A DNA stretch of 64,000 nt from Dehalococcoidia bacterium (GTDB lineage: Bacteria; Chloroflexota; Dehalococcoidia; Lucifugimonadales; VXLM01). The stretch spans positions 434,319-498,318 of the forward strand of contig OZ220720.1 of NCBI GenBank assembly GCA_965116655.1. Reading direction: 5' to 3'. Each line of letters begins with the position of its first letter. The stretch's first letter is position 1. Under the pieces are notes generated by a model. It was not told the origin of the DNA and did no database searches. It saw only the letters and a program-made list of their open reading frames with translations. This document shows, one piece after another, positions 37,417 to 46,497 of the stretch. The translations under genes and the position numbers were made by a program.

Positions 37417-38178
37417 ATGCCAAAGAGTGAATACGTCGGTGTGGATGGCTGTCCGGCGGGCTGGTTCAGCGTAGGGTTCGACACCATTGGTGGCTATGAG
37501 TTGAAGGTGTTTCCTGCGTTCAGCGAACTGGTCGACTATTATCAAGACGCCAAGCTGGTGCTGGTTGATATTCCGATTGGGCTGCCTGAGGGACCGGACG
37601 GACGAGAGTGTGACTCCAAGGCTCGTAAAGTGCTTGGAGATCGCAGGTCGAGTGTGTTCTCGGCGCCGACACGGCAGACGGTAAGGCAGGCGGCGGAGTC
37701 TCCGGGAGACTACGACTTTGCCAAGAAGGCCGAGCAATGCGCTACCAAGACCAAGTCTCGTCCTGAAGGAAAAGGAATAAGCAAACAGGCCTTTGCCATA
37801 GCGCCCAAGATAGCGCAGGTCGACAGGTTGCTACGGGACCGAGACGCAAACGCGACTCCGAGGGTGCGAGAGGTGCATCCTGAGGTCTGTTTTTGGGCTT
37901 TGAACGGTCAGAAAGCCATGGAGTTCAACAAGAAAGAGCCAGAGGGTGAGAAGCAGCGGATTCACATCCTCGAACGGTTCGAGCCTCGGACTCATGCGAT
38001 GTACCGCGAGGCTTACCGCAGGTTTGTTGGGGGTGGTGTTGGCAAGGACGACATTCTCGATGCACTGGTGGCAGCGGTGACGGCACGTTGCTGTCATGGG
38101 CGGCTTCGGAGGATACCCGAATGTCCGCCAGAGGACTACAAGGGGCTGCCGATGGAGATGGTGTACTGGGAGGTGTAA
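37417..38178 (+). CDS. DUF429 domain protein (predicted RNase H-fold nuclease)
   Basis: GVDGCPAGWF, LVDIPIGLPEG, RECDSKARKVLGDRRSSVFSAPTR, HPEVCF, DDILDALVAA match DUF429 hallmarks as I remember them. Confidence 0.7.
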   Translation: MPKSEYVGVDGCPAGWFSVGFDTIGGYELKVFPAFSELVDYYQDAKLVLVDIPIGLPEGPDGRECDSKARKVLGDRRSSVFSAPTRQTVRQAAESPGDYDFAKKAEQCATKTKSRPEGKGISKQAFAIAPKIAQVDRLLRDRDANATPRVREVHPEVCFWALNGQKAMEFNKKEPEGEKQRIHILERFEPRTHAMYREAYRRFVGGGVGKDDILDALVAAVTARCCHGRLRRIPECPPEDYKGLPMEMVYWEV

Positions 38179-38283
38179 AAGGGGTGTCCCCTTTCGCTCC
38201 TGTCCTCTCAATAGTATCGAGAAGACTGTGATGCTTGCAGAACACTTGCAATGCTGTCATAATGCATTCAAGGGAGTTATGAC

Positions 38284-38520
38284 ATGGCAGTTCAGATCAC
38301 CATAAGGGGCGTCCCCGAAGCCGTCCGCGACGAGCTCGCGGTTCGCGCGTCGCTCCAACGTCAGTCCATGCAAGAGTTTCTGCGCGGAGAGTTAGAGCGC
38401 ATAGCGTCGCGCCCTTCGGTTGACGAATGGGTGCGCGAAATACGCGAACGCAAGGCAGCCTATAGGACTCAAGTCCCAACCTCAGCAATTCTGGCCGCCC
38501 GCGACGCTGACAGGACTTGA
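38284..38520 (+). CDS. vapB: Type II antitoxin, ribbon-helix-helix (FitA/VapB-like)
   Basis: MAVQITIRGVPEAVRDELAVRA N-terminal RHH pattern. 4-nt overlap with the PIN gene. Confidence 0.75.
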   Translation: MAVQITIRGVPEAVRDELAVRASLQRQSMQEFLRGELERIASRPSVDEWVREIRERKAAYRTQVPTSAILAARDADRT

Positions 38521-38933
38521 CCAAGGTCGTCGACTCATGTGTCCTAGTCTCGGCCCTTGTGGATTCGGGTCCAGATGGCGAGTGGTCGGAAGCAATCGTA
38601 ACTGAAGGCCCGTTGGTCGCCCCCGAACTGGTTCTGGTCGAGACCAGCAATGTTCTCCGTCGCTTGCAACGATCTCACGAGATATCCGAAATCGAGGCCA
38701 CTTTAGCGCACGCCTCCATGCTGCGCCTCGAACTCGAACTGTTCCCGTTTACGCCGTTTGCAGAGCGGGTATGGGAATTGCGACAGAACCTCACCAGCTA
38801 TGACGCATGGTACGTGGCGATGGCGGAATCATTTGATTGTCCGTTTGCTACTCTTGACCGGAAGCTCAGTCGGGCGAGCGGTCCCAAGTGCGAGATGATT
38901 ATCCCGCCCGGGGTGAGTCGCACGGCAGACTAG
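38517..38933 (+). CDS. vapC: PIN-domain toxin (VapC)
   Basis: VVDSCVLVSAL (first acidic residue), EVSNV-like ETSNVL, YDAWYVAMAE, TLD motifs. TTG start overlaps the antitoxin stop. Confidence 0.8.
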   Translation: MTKVVDSCVLVSALVDSGPDGEWSEAIVTEGPLVAPELVLVETSNVLRRLQRSHEISEIEATLAHASMLRLELELFPFTPFAERVWELRQNLTSYDAWYVAMAESFDCPFATLDRKLSRASGPKCEMIIPPGVSRTAD

Positions 38934-39199
38934 CCAGAGTGGTTCCAACCGCTTATGAACATTTGAGTAACGACATTGGTCGATAGGGTTACAGAAGGAT
39001 TTTCCTCGCTGCGGTAGACTTATGAGCTATGGGTCGATACCCTATTTGTAGTTTGGCGGCATCCTCGATAACCGACGCTTAACAGACGCTACTTTGATAG
39101 CCACATTCCCGAATAGACGACTATATTGTCGAACTGAAAGCGTTCGTAAGGGATCGTCAGGCTAGGCAGACCATCTCTATTCAATGCAAGACCAGTCAC

Positions 39200-40588
39200 A
39201 TGCAGAACCCCATCGACATCGGTATCAATCGACAGCTATTTCTCGACGACTTGATCCTCGACACGATGAGCGGGGCGAAGCGAACCATGCACTCCCCCAC
39301 TCGGCGAGAGACGGTTCTGGTGGGCGACAAGCCCTGGGACAGGTCGAGCGTCGCCTATATGTCGGTAATCCGCGACGGCGACCTGTACCGTGGCTACTAC
39401 CGATGCGATCACGAAGGCTCCGACGTAAGAGCGGCCAGCCCGCGTCACACGGCATATGCGGAGAGTGAGGATGGCATCTGCTGGAGGAAACCCAACCTCG
39501 GTCTGGTCGAGTTCGACGGCTCAAAGGACAATAACCTCATCTGGATGGAGCCGGGGGCGAATCTCTGCGTGTTCATCGACACCAATCCGGCGGAGCCTCC
39601 CGAACGGCGGTACAAAGGCGTCGTGCGGACGGGACGTGTGGAGGGAGAGCAGCTCGGCGCGCCCGGTCCCTGCGTTCTCGCGCTGTCGTCGTCGGACGGG
39701 ATCAACTGGGACCTGATGCAGGACGCTCCGATTCTCACGGACGACCCCTTTGATTCATTCAACATCGCCTTTTGGGACGAGTGGACGAATCAGTACGTGA
39801 TCTATACGAGGGGCGTCGGCGGGTCGGACGGCCCATTCAAGGGGGGAGTTCGCTGGATCAGGCGCGCTATGTCCGACGACTTCGTCAACTGGAGCGGCCT
39901 CGAGCTGATAGATACCGGAGAAGTGCCTGACGAGCACCTGTACACCAACGCCTGCGTCCCTTACGAGCGGGCACCGGGCACGTACCTCATGTTCCCTTCC
40001 CGCCTAGTGCTCGAGCACACGCCTGAACCCGACTGGGTGGGCGGTCCCGGTGTCAACGACATCGCCTTTATGAGCAGCCGGGACGGTATCACGTGGGATC
40101 GCACGTTCAAAGAGGCGTTTATCCGTCCGGGGCTGGATATGGAGAACTGGCATGAGCGGGGGATATACTTCGAGCGGGGAATCTTCCAGACTTCGGAAGA
40201 CACGCTGAGCATGTACTGTTCCGACCACTGGCGCTACCCCACGACTCGCATATCGCGTTACACACTGCGAACGGACGGCTTTGTTTCCGTCAACGCGGGC
40301 TATAGAGGTGGTGAGTTCATCACGAAACCGATTGTATTCGAGGGCAGCGAGCTGGAAATCAACTACTCGACTTCGGCGGTGGGTTCGGTGCAGGTCGAAA
40401 TCCAGGACGATCAGGGTCGGCCACAGCAGGGATTCACCCTGGCTGACTCGCCGGAGCAGTACGGCGACAAGTTCGACTATCGCGTCTCGTGGGCCGGTGG
40501 CCCCGATGTCAGCTCGTTCCAGGGCAGCCCGGTGCGTTTGAGGTTCGTGCTGAAGGACGCGGACCTGTACGCCTTCAAGTTCAACTAG
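39200..40588 (+). CDS. Hypothetical protein, probable glycoside-hydrolase-like beta-propeller with C-terminal beta-sandwich
   Basis: N-terminal RQLFLDD, repeated W/D-rich blade-like segments, C-terminal ...VRLRFVLKDADLYAFKFN typical of GH32/43-like accessory sandwiches. Family not firmly recognised. Confidence 0.4.
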   Translation: MQNPIDIGINRQLFLDDLILDTMSGAKRTMHSPTRRETVLVGDKPWDRSSVAYMSVIRDGDLYRGYYRCDHEGSDVRAASPRHTAYAESEDGICWRKPNLGLVEFDGSKDNNLIWMEPGANLCVFIDTNPAEPPERRYKGVVRTGRVEGEQLGAPGPCVLALSSSDGINWDLMQDAPILTDDPFDSFNIAFWDEWTNQYVIYTRGVGGSDGPFKGGVRWIRRAMSDDFVNWSGLELIDTGEVPDEHLYTNACVPYERAPGTYLMFPSRLVLEHTPEPDWVGGPGVNDIAFMSSRDGITWDRTFKEAFIRPGLDMENWHERGIYFERGIFQTSEDTLSMYCSDHWRYPTTRISRYTLRTDGFVSVNAGYRGGEFITKPIVFEGSELEINYSTSAVGSVQVEIQDDQGRPQQGFTLADSPEQYGDKFDYRVSWAGGPDVSSFQGSPVRLRFVLKDADLYAFKFN

Positions 40589-40609
40589 GATTTCACTGAG
40601 GTATTTGAT

Positions 40610-41212
40610 TTGGGCGCAGAACGAGTTGCGGAAGACAAGGCGCTGGTTTGGTCGGGCGAACACTGGATCGCTTATCTCAAGAACCACGATAACCAGGCGG
40701 ACGTTGGGCGCGTCAGTCTCTATCGAGTCGCATACAGCTCCGCCGGTGAAGGACACGTGGCGTTCATTGATATTCCTGATGAGGCTTTCACAGGCATATA
40801 TACGGACAGCGTAAAGTTGGCGGAGTTCATAACCGAGACGGTCGCACGGGGCCCGAGCAATAACAATTTCTACCGGCACGACATGCCGATCTTGGAAGCC
40901 GAGATCACACGCAGCGGAGACGTGCGAACCATGCCGTCGTGGACCATCGACGCGGAAGGCGGGGCGGTTGAGGCAGTGTGGACGAGCATTCATCCACCGG
41001 TGATACTCGAAGGACCGGGACCGGACAATAACGGCGCGGTCGTAACACATTCCCTGCTGTTCTTCGCCAACGAGGCTACGATATCCTTCAACGGCAAGTC
41101 CATTGGCGGAGTGGTGTACGTGCGCGACGATTGGATCCGCGCGATAGGCAGGCAAGGGACCTCGGCGGTCTTCGCGATTGCCGAGACAACAACGACTACG
41201 ACGAACGATTAA
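40610..41212 (+). CDS. Hypothetical protein (distant paralog of 4436-5032)
   Basis: TTG start after a GAGGT Shine-Dalgarno. Shares colinear motifs with the 4436 ORF (IY-D, D-PI-EA, SGD). Confidence 0.55.
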   Translation: MGAERVAEDKALVWSGEHWIAYLKNHDNQADVGRVSLYRVAYSSAGEGHVAFIDIPDEAFTGIYTDSVKLAEFITETVARGPSNNNFYRHDMPILEAEITRSGDVRTMPSWTIDAEGGAVEAVWTSIHPPVILEGPGPDNNGAVVTHSLLFFANEATISFNGKSIGGVVYVRDDWIRAIGRQGTSAVFAIAETTTTTTND

Positions 41213-41226
41213 TCGGAGGAAAGAAT

Positions 41227-42024
41227 ATGGACGTTTCTGACCAGGTCGCCATCGTAACGGGCGGTGGACGAGGCATCGGACGCGCCATCGCACACGTGCT
41301 GGCGAGCAATGGGGCGGACGTGGTGGTCGCCGACATCAACGAGGGCGATGCTCAGGCCGTTTGCGGGGAGATCGATGAGCATGGAGGTCGTTCCATCGCG
41401 GTCTCGGTGGACGTGACCGACAGTGATTCGACGGAAAACTTGGCCGCACAAACGCTCGGCGAGTACGGACGCATTGACATCTTGATCAACAATGCCGGGA
41501 CCATAGGAGCGCCCGGCTGGGAAGGACGCGACCGCCCGAACGATGACGATTGGAGCTACATACATGAGGTGAACGTCCACGGCATAGCCAGGGTCACTGA
41601 CGCCGTGGTCGAGCACATGAAGCCCCGCAAGTACGGCAAGATCGTAAATATCGCGTCGGTCGCGGGCCGCACGGGAACGCGGACGAATTTCGCGTATGGG
41701 GCGTCAAAGGCGGCGGCGATCAACCTGACGCGGTGCTACGCCACGGATCTCGCTCCGTACAGCATTCATGTGAACTGCGTGTGCCCTGGCCTGGTGTGGA
41801 CGAAGATGTGGGAGCGCATTGCCAGCCGACGGATCGGGCAAGGCATCGACGATGAGATGACGACCCGCGAGTCGTTCGATCAGTTCGTGGCGGGCAATAC
41901 GCCCCTAGGCAGAGAACAGACTCCTGAAGAAATCGCGAACGCAGTCGTATTCCTGGCGTCCGACGCCGCGAGTGGCATAACAGGGCAGGCCCTGAACGTG
42001 GACGGCGGGTATGCGATGAACTAG
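41227..42024 (+). CDS. SDR family oxidoreductase
   Basis: TGGGRGIGRA, NNAG, YGASK (YxxxK). GGAGGA Shine-Dalgarno before the ATG at 41227. Confidence 0.88.
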   Translation: MDVSDQVAIVTGGGRGIGRAIAHVLASNGADVVVADINEGDAQAVCGEIDEHGGRSIAVSVDVTDSDSTENLAAQTLGEYGRIDILINNAGTIGAPGWEGRDRPNDDDWSYIHEVNVHGIARVTDAVVEHMKPRKYGKIVNIASVAGRTGTRTNFAYGASKAAAINLTRCYATDLAPYSIHVNCVCPGLVWTKMWERIASRRIGQGIDDEMTTRESFDQFVAGNTPLGREQTPEEIANAVVFLASDAASGITGQALNVDGGYAMN

Positions 42025-42081
42025 GGCGATTGTGTGCAGAACCCTGCGAATCCGGGAACACGGAAAGAGAAACTACGCCTA

Positions 42082-43050
42082 ATGAAAGCGATACGGATGA
42101 CAAGAACCGGAGGGCCGGAGGTGCTCGAATACGTGGATGTCCCCGACCCCGTTCCGGAGGTGGGTGAGGTGCTCATCGACGTTGAGCGCATCGGGATCAA
42201 CTTCATCGACACTTACGTACGGCGCGGGATGTATCCGCGACCGCTTCCTCTGATTCCGGGATACGAGGTGGCAGGAACGGTGACTGAGATCGGAGCGGAT
42301 GTCACCGACCTTGCGGTAGGAGACCGTGTCGCTATGGCGGGCCTGTCGCTGGGTTCGTATGCCGAAAAGATGGTCATCCCGGAGTGGCAGGTCGTTCGCG
42401 TACCTGACAGCGTGAGCATGGAAGAGGCGGCGGCCGTGCTGGAACAAGGGATGACGGCCCACTATCTTTGCTATTCCACCTACCCCCTGGGTTCGGAGGA
42501 TACCTGCTTGATTCACGCAGGAGCCGGCGGGGTTGGGCGGCTGCTGATTCAGATGGCGAAGCAGTTGGGAGCTACCGTGATCACGACCGTCTCGACGGAG
42601 CAGAAGGCGGAAATGGCGCGATCCGTCGGGGCCGATCACGTTGTGTTATACACCGAGCAGGACTTCCGCGAAGAGACGATGAAGATTACGGACGGTCGGG
42701 GCGTCGACGTCGTCTACGACTCCGTGGGCCAGGCGACGGCCGATGACAGCCTTGCGAGTCTACGACCACGAGGGATGATGGCGCTGTATGGGGCCGCGAG
42801 CGGGGCGGTGCAGTCACTGCCGGTGTCGGTCATCAACGCCAAGTCCCTGTTCTTCACGAGGCCGGGACTGAACGACCATGTCGCCACGCGAGAGGAACTG
42901 GCGTGGCGGGCGGGTGACGTGTTGGGGTGGGTGGAATCGGGCGAGTTGTCACTACACATCCATGATACGTATCCGCTTGCCGACGCGGGACGCGCGCAGG
43001 ACGACCTCGAGAATCGTCGGACGATGGGCAAAGTGCTGCTAGCGCCTTAG
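42082..43050 (+). CDS. qor: NADPH:quinone oxidoreductase (zeta-crystallin/MDR family)
   Basis: MKAIRMTRTGGPEVLEYVDVPDP, PGYEVAG, HAGAGGVG, MGKVLL motifs. ATG at 42082 is preferred over 42034. Confidence 0.85.
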   Translation: MKAIRMTRTGGPEVLEYVDVPDPVPEVGEVLIDVERIGINFIDTYVRRGMYPRPLPLIPGYEVAGTVTEIGADVTDLAVGDRVAMAGLSLGSYAEKMVIPEWQVVRVPDSVSMEEAAAVLEQGMTAHYLCYSTYPLGSEDTCLIHAGAGGVGRLLIQMAKQLGATVITTVSTEQKAEMARSVGADHVVLYTEQDFREETMKITDGRGVDVVYDSVGQATADDSLASLRPRGMMALYGAASGAVQSLPVSVINAKSLFFTRPGLNDHVATREELAWRAGDVLGWVESGELSLHIHDTYPLADAGRAQDDLENRRTMGKVLLAP

Positions 43051-43056
43051 GAAGAG

Positions 43057-43133
43057 TGGAGGCGACGGGCGGATTCGAACCGCCGAATAGAGGTTTTGCA
43101 GACCTCCGCCTTAGACCACTTGGCTACGCCGCC
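43057..43133 (-). tRNA. tRNA-Cys(GCA): tRNA-Cys (anticodon GCA), CCA encoded
   Basis: Acceptor GGCGGCG/CGTCGCC, anticodon stem GAGGT/ACCTC with loop CTGCAAA, T arm GGCGG-TTCGAAT-CCGCC, discriminator U73, A13-A22 mismatch in the D stem. Confidence 0.9.
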
Positions 43134-43147
43134 TCATCCTGTAGACA

Positions 43148-43234
43148 TGGTGCCGAGGGAGGGACTCGAACCCTCACAGCCTTGCGGCCACAGCGCCCTC
43201 AACGCTGCGCGTCTACCAGTTCCGCCACCTCGGC
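43148..43234 (-). tRNA. tRNA-Leu(GAG): tRNA-Leu (anticodon GAG), long variable arm, CCA encoded
   Basis: Acceptor GCCGAGG/CCTCGGC, anticodon stem CAGCG/CGCTG with loop TTGAGGG, variable arm GGCC-GCAA-GGCT, T arm GAGGG-TTCGAGT-CCCTC. Confidence 0.9.
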
Positions 43235-43279
43235 CAGGGTCCTCAGCCGCAAGCTATCAGCCGAGGTTGGTGTCTTCAT

Positions 43280-43308
43280 ATTATAGACAAGCGCCGTTGC
43301 CCTGTCCA
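43280..43308 (-). promoter_or_regulatory. Candidate promoter TGGACA-N17-TATAAT for the tRNA-Leu/tRNA-Cys pair
   Basis: Read on the minus strand. The -10 lies about 45 nt upstream of the tRNA-Leu 5' end. Confidence 0.45.
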
Positions 43309-43350
43309 TAAGGATGAGAGCGATGGAGTTTGGTTCAACACCGCAGCACC

Positions 43351-43380
43351 GTCATTCCGGCGGAGGCCGGAATCCAGAGG
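43351..43380. repeat. GTCATTCC-hairpin-GGAATCCAGAG palindromic repeat, copy 1
   Basis: GTCATTCCGGCGGAGGCCGGAATCCAGAGG. Second copy at 48783-48811. Confidence 0.6.
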
Positions 43381-43442
43381 GGTTTGGGATCCGGGGGCAC
43401 AGTTTGGCATGCATCGCACACCTGTGGATGATGGGCCGGGGA

Positions 43443-44039
43443 TCACCCTTCGCGAGTATCGGATGTGCGTCGAAGTCGCCGGAAGAACAGCACCAAGAGG
43501 GCACCTGAGAGAAGTATGCCAGCTGTCCAACCTCCTATGAGGAGCCAAGTCAGCAGGCCTCTGCTGTCGCTTGGCAGGACTTCAAGGGGGACTTTCGTCG
43601 TGATGCCTCCAAGAGGACCTGAGACATCGAGGGTGAAGGTCCACTGCCCTTCCTGGCCTACGGGTATGCGTACATCGAAATGGCTGAATCCCGGCAGCAC
43701 GGTCTGAGGCTGGAAAGGCCCTACCGTCGCATCAGATGGCCCTTCACCGCGAAGGGTCAGATCGGAGGAAATGGGAGCGAGGTGGGCCTCATCGCCGCCG
43801 TTGGTGGACGCGACGGCCTGGATGAGCACGGTGAAGACCAGTAGCCCGGTCTTCGGCTCCGGCGGCCATACGGTCACAGCGATGTCGTACCCACCCTGCT
43901 GCTCGCGGTGGACGAGCATTCCGCCGTTGGCCGTCGTGCTGGTGACGACTAGGGCGAAGAGGAAAATTCCTAAAGCGAGAACCGTGAGAAGTCGCACCTT
44001 CTCATAGTATCTGATGAAGGTTGACGGTGACAAAGGCAT
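43443..44039 (-). CDS. Hypothetical membrane-anchored protein (N- and C-terminal TM helices)
   Basis: TM LLTVLALGIFLFALVV near the N-terminus and LTWLLIGGWTAGILLSGALLVLFF near the C-terminus, with a beta-rich middle. Confidence 0.55.
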   Translation of the reverse strand: MPLSPSTFIRYYEKVRLLTVLALGIFLFALVVTSTTANGGMLVHREQQGGYDIAVTVWPPEPKTGLLVFTVLIQAVASTNGGDEAHLAPISSDLTLRGEGPSDATVGPFQPQTVLPGFSHFDVRIPVGQEGQWTFTLDVSGPLGGITTKVPLEVLPSDSRGLLTWLLIGGWTAGILLSGALLVLFFRRLRRTSDTREG

Positions 44040-44148
44040 CGGGCATGACCCGAAAACATATCTACAAGACCGGAGTAATCGATAGACTGGTAAGTAGTCG
44101 CCTGCAAGTCAGGCTACGTCCCATTCAACCAGTGGAGAGTCGTAACTC

Positions 44149-44691
44149 ATGCCGGATGAACACCCTGTATTACAGACCAAGCGCCTCACGCTGCGCCGGT
44201 TTCGTCTGACGGATGTGGACGATGTAGTTGCGTTCGCGAACGATGAGGAGTGGCAGCGATACCTGCCTCTACCCTACCCGTATGAGCGCGTACACGCTGA
44301 GCAGTTCGTCGCCGAGTCATTTCTCAAGGACTGGAAGTCACACCCAACATTCGCAGTCGTGCTCGACGATACGGTGATCGGCGGCATCAATCTGAGTGTC
44401 GACAAGAGACGTCAGACTGCGGAGATGGGGTACGCCATCGCGCGAGTGCATTGGGGGAACGGCTACGCCACGGAGACGGTCCGCGCCGTCGTTGACTGGG
44501 CCTTCGAGACGTTCTGCCTAGCCAAAATTCATGCAGTAGCGATTGTCGAAAACAAACGGTCGTGGCGCGTGATGGAGCGTATCGGCATGACCAGGGAGGG
44601 CATTCTGCGAAGTGAAGTGCCCGGCACGGACTCAAGCCAAAGACATGACATGGTGTACTACGGGATACTTCGTGAGGAGTGGGAGCGGTAG
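44149..44691 (+). CDS. GNAT family N-acetyltransferase (RimJ/RimL-like)
   Basis: LQTKRLTLRRF, GYAIARVHWGNGYATE, N-x-RS-x-RVMERIGM motifs. Confidence 0.85.
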   Translation: MPDEHPVLQTKRLTLRRFRLTDVDDVVAFANDEEWQRYLPLPYPYERVHAEQFVAESFLKDWKSHPTFAVVLDDTVIGGINLSVDKRRQTAEMGYAIARVHWGNGYATETVRAVVDWAFETFCLAKIHAVAIVENKRSWRVMERIGMTREGILRSEVPGTDSSQRHDMVYYGILREEWER

Positions 44692-44710
44692 GAAGCGCCC
44701 CCTCTCTGTA

Positions 44711-44750
44711 TCTCTCCCACGCCGAACGGGGGAGAGACTGTTGTGTCTTG
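44711..44750 (+). terminator. Hairpin (TCTCTCCC / GGGAGAGA, 8 bp) followed by a U/G-rich tract; possible terminator
   Basis: Lies 20 nt after the GNAT stop. It belongs to the CTCTCCC/GGGAGAG repeat flavour. Confidence 0.35.
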
Positions 44751-44849
44751 AACGCCTTCACGAACACCGACTTAGGAAAACGGAATCCCCGGACCGTGTT
44801 GGAGAACGATCCGGGGATTTTAGTTAACTTCGGTAGCCCGTCTTGCCCG

Positions 44850-46127
44850 TTAGCTGCCGACCGTGACGCCCTTCGGAGTTGCCTGAGCGGGAGCCCTGTC
44901 CGCTCCTCGTCGTCTCAGGACATCCACGATGACTTCTGCCGCGTCGGCGATCGTCATCCGATCGAGATTGACCGTGATGTCGAACTTGCTTGAATCGTCG
45001 ATCTCGCAGTCGAACAGTCGCCTGAATATCTCACGGTGCTCCTTGTCGGCGCGTTGGAGGCGCTTGAGCGAGGCTTCTGGCGTGTCCCTGTACTGGGCGA
45101 GGTGGACGGACCGCGATTCTGCTGACGCCGACACGAATACCGTGAGACCGTCGACCTGATCGGGTAGGAAGAGGTGAGTCCCGTTCCCATGGAGCACGGC
45201 ATTGCCCTCCGCCGCGCGCCGCCGGACGATTCGCCGCAGCTTCTTGACGTACTGTCGCTTGGAGAGCGGCTCGTGGAGCAGTTCGTCGTACTCGTACGGC
45301 CTGCTGGGAACGTAGGCGTGATAGCCGCTCTCGTAGGCCGTGGTGACCTCCGTAGGCACGACGATGGAAGCAAGCATGCGCATCCAGAAGGACTTGTGAC
45401 TGGTCTCGAACGACTCAAGCTCCGCCCTGGAGCACTGGAGCCTCTCGCTGAGCGGGTCCTTGATCTCGTCGCCGATGAACTCGCTGTCGAGCAGGCGGGC
45501 GATCTCTTGGCCCAGCGCCTCGCTTTCGCTTCCGGGAAGTCCCGTAATCGCCACGACCGGCGTGATCTCCTGTTCCTTGTGCGCCCGAGAGTCCTTTGCC
45601 GAATACCGGGCGGACGAAACGGCCATGTGGGCTACGTCTATCTCGCCGTGCTTGACGTTGCTTCCGCTGGCTATCACAAAGCCAAGCTTCTCGAATAGAC
45701 CTATTGCCGGCCTATTTTCGATGGGAACCGTCACCCACGCGGATTCCAGTCCCATGGTGTTGAAGACCCTGTCCAGCAGTTCCAGCATCGTGGCTGTACC
45801 GTAGCCGTGGTGCCACAGGTCCTTCCTCCCGATGAGGACGGACAACTCCGCGCCACCCTCCCCGTCTAGCTGCACCTGGCACTCACCGACATGCTCGTCG
45901 ACGACGTTGTAGATGGAAAATATGGCCCGGCGCGGGTCGCTGAAGGTCCTGCGCCACTCCCAATCGCTAGCCTCGAGCATATGCCGCGGGTCATACCCCG
46001 GGTGTACGGGGTCGTCAGCGCCGTACTGACCGAACCATCGGCTGGACAAATCGTCATCCTGCAGCCACCACGCAATCCTGTCAATATCATCTCTCGATAC
46101 GCTCTTGAGCGTTACCTCTGGCAGCAT
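44850..46127 (-). CDS. Fusion protein: N-terminal GNAT acetyltransferase domain + C-terminal cytidylate-kinase-like (AAA-type) domain
   Basis: N-terminal WHHGYGTATMLELLDRVF...NRPAIGLFEKLGF. C-terminal VVAITGLPGSESEALGQEIARLL resembles the K-less P-loop of the cytidylate-kinase-2-like family. Confidence 0.65.
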   Translation of the reverse strand: MLPEVTLKSVSRDDIDRIAWWLQDDDLSSRWFGQYGADDPVHPGYDPRHMLEASDWEWRRTFSDPRRAIFSIYNVVDEHVGECQVQLDGEGGAELSVLIGRKDLWHHGYGTATMLELLDRVFNTMGLESAWVTVPIENRPAIGLFEKLGFVIASGSNVKHGEIDVAHMAVSSARYSAKDSRAHKEQEITPVVAITGLPGSESEALGQEIARLLDSEFIGDEIKDPLSERLQCSRAELESFETSHKSFWMRMLASIVVPTEVTTAYESGYHAYVPSRPYEYDELLHEPLSKRQYVKKLRRIVRRRAAEGNAVLHGNGTHLFLPDQVDGLTVFVSASAESRSVHLAQYRDTPEASLKRLQRADKEHREIFRRLFDCEIDDSSKFDITVNLDRMTIADAAEVIVDVLRRRGADRAPAQATPKGVTVGS

Positions 46128-46497
46128 GTCATCCTCCTTTCCCTATTGATATAAAGCTATAAATAACCACTACCTTTCCAAGCCAATCCACCCGATTGGG
46201 TACAACGTACATGATGGCCTGATGTCGTGTCAACTTTCCCTTTCATTTACCTGATTTCGTAAGAATTCGCACGATAATACACATAATACAATTCACGCAT
46301 GTGGAATACTGAAAACTATTTCGTATATCATGATACATGTAAATCGGGGCATTCTGAGGGCTTTCAGGCCTGTAGGTAAGGCGTCCTGAAAGCGTCGTTG
46401 ACACCCCTTTAGAGCGTGGGATACCATCGGATTCGCGGTTGCGGGCAGGCATTTTTTCTGTGCTTCCCAGGCCCAACGAGGAGTAGGCTAAATCGCC

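Noticed and set aside
40004-41293. 429-aa minus-strand ORF
   Set aside because: It is antisense to two plus-strand genes (39200-40588 and 40610-41212) and spans their intergenic gap. The composition is Arg/Val/His-rich with no recognisable domain.
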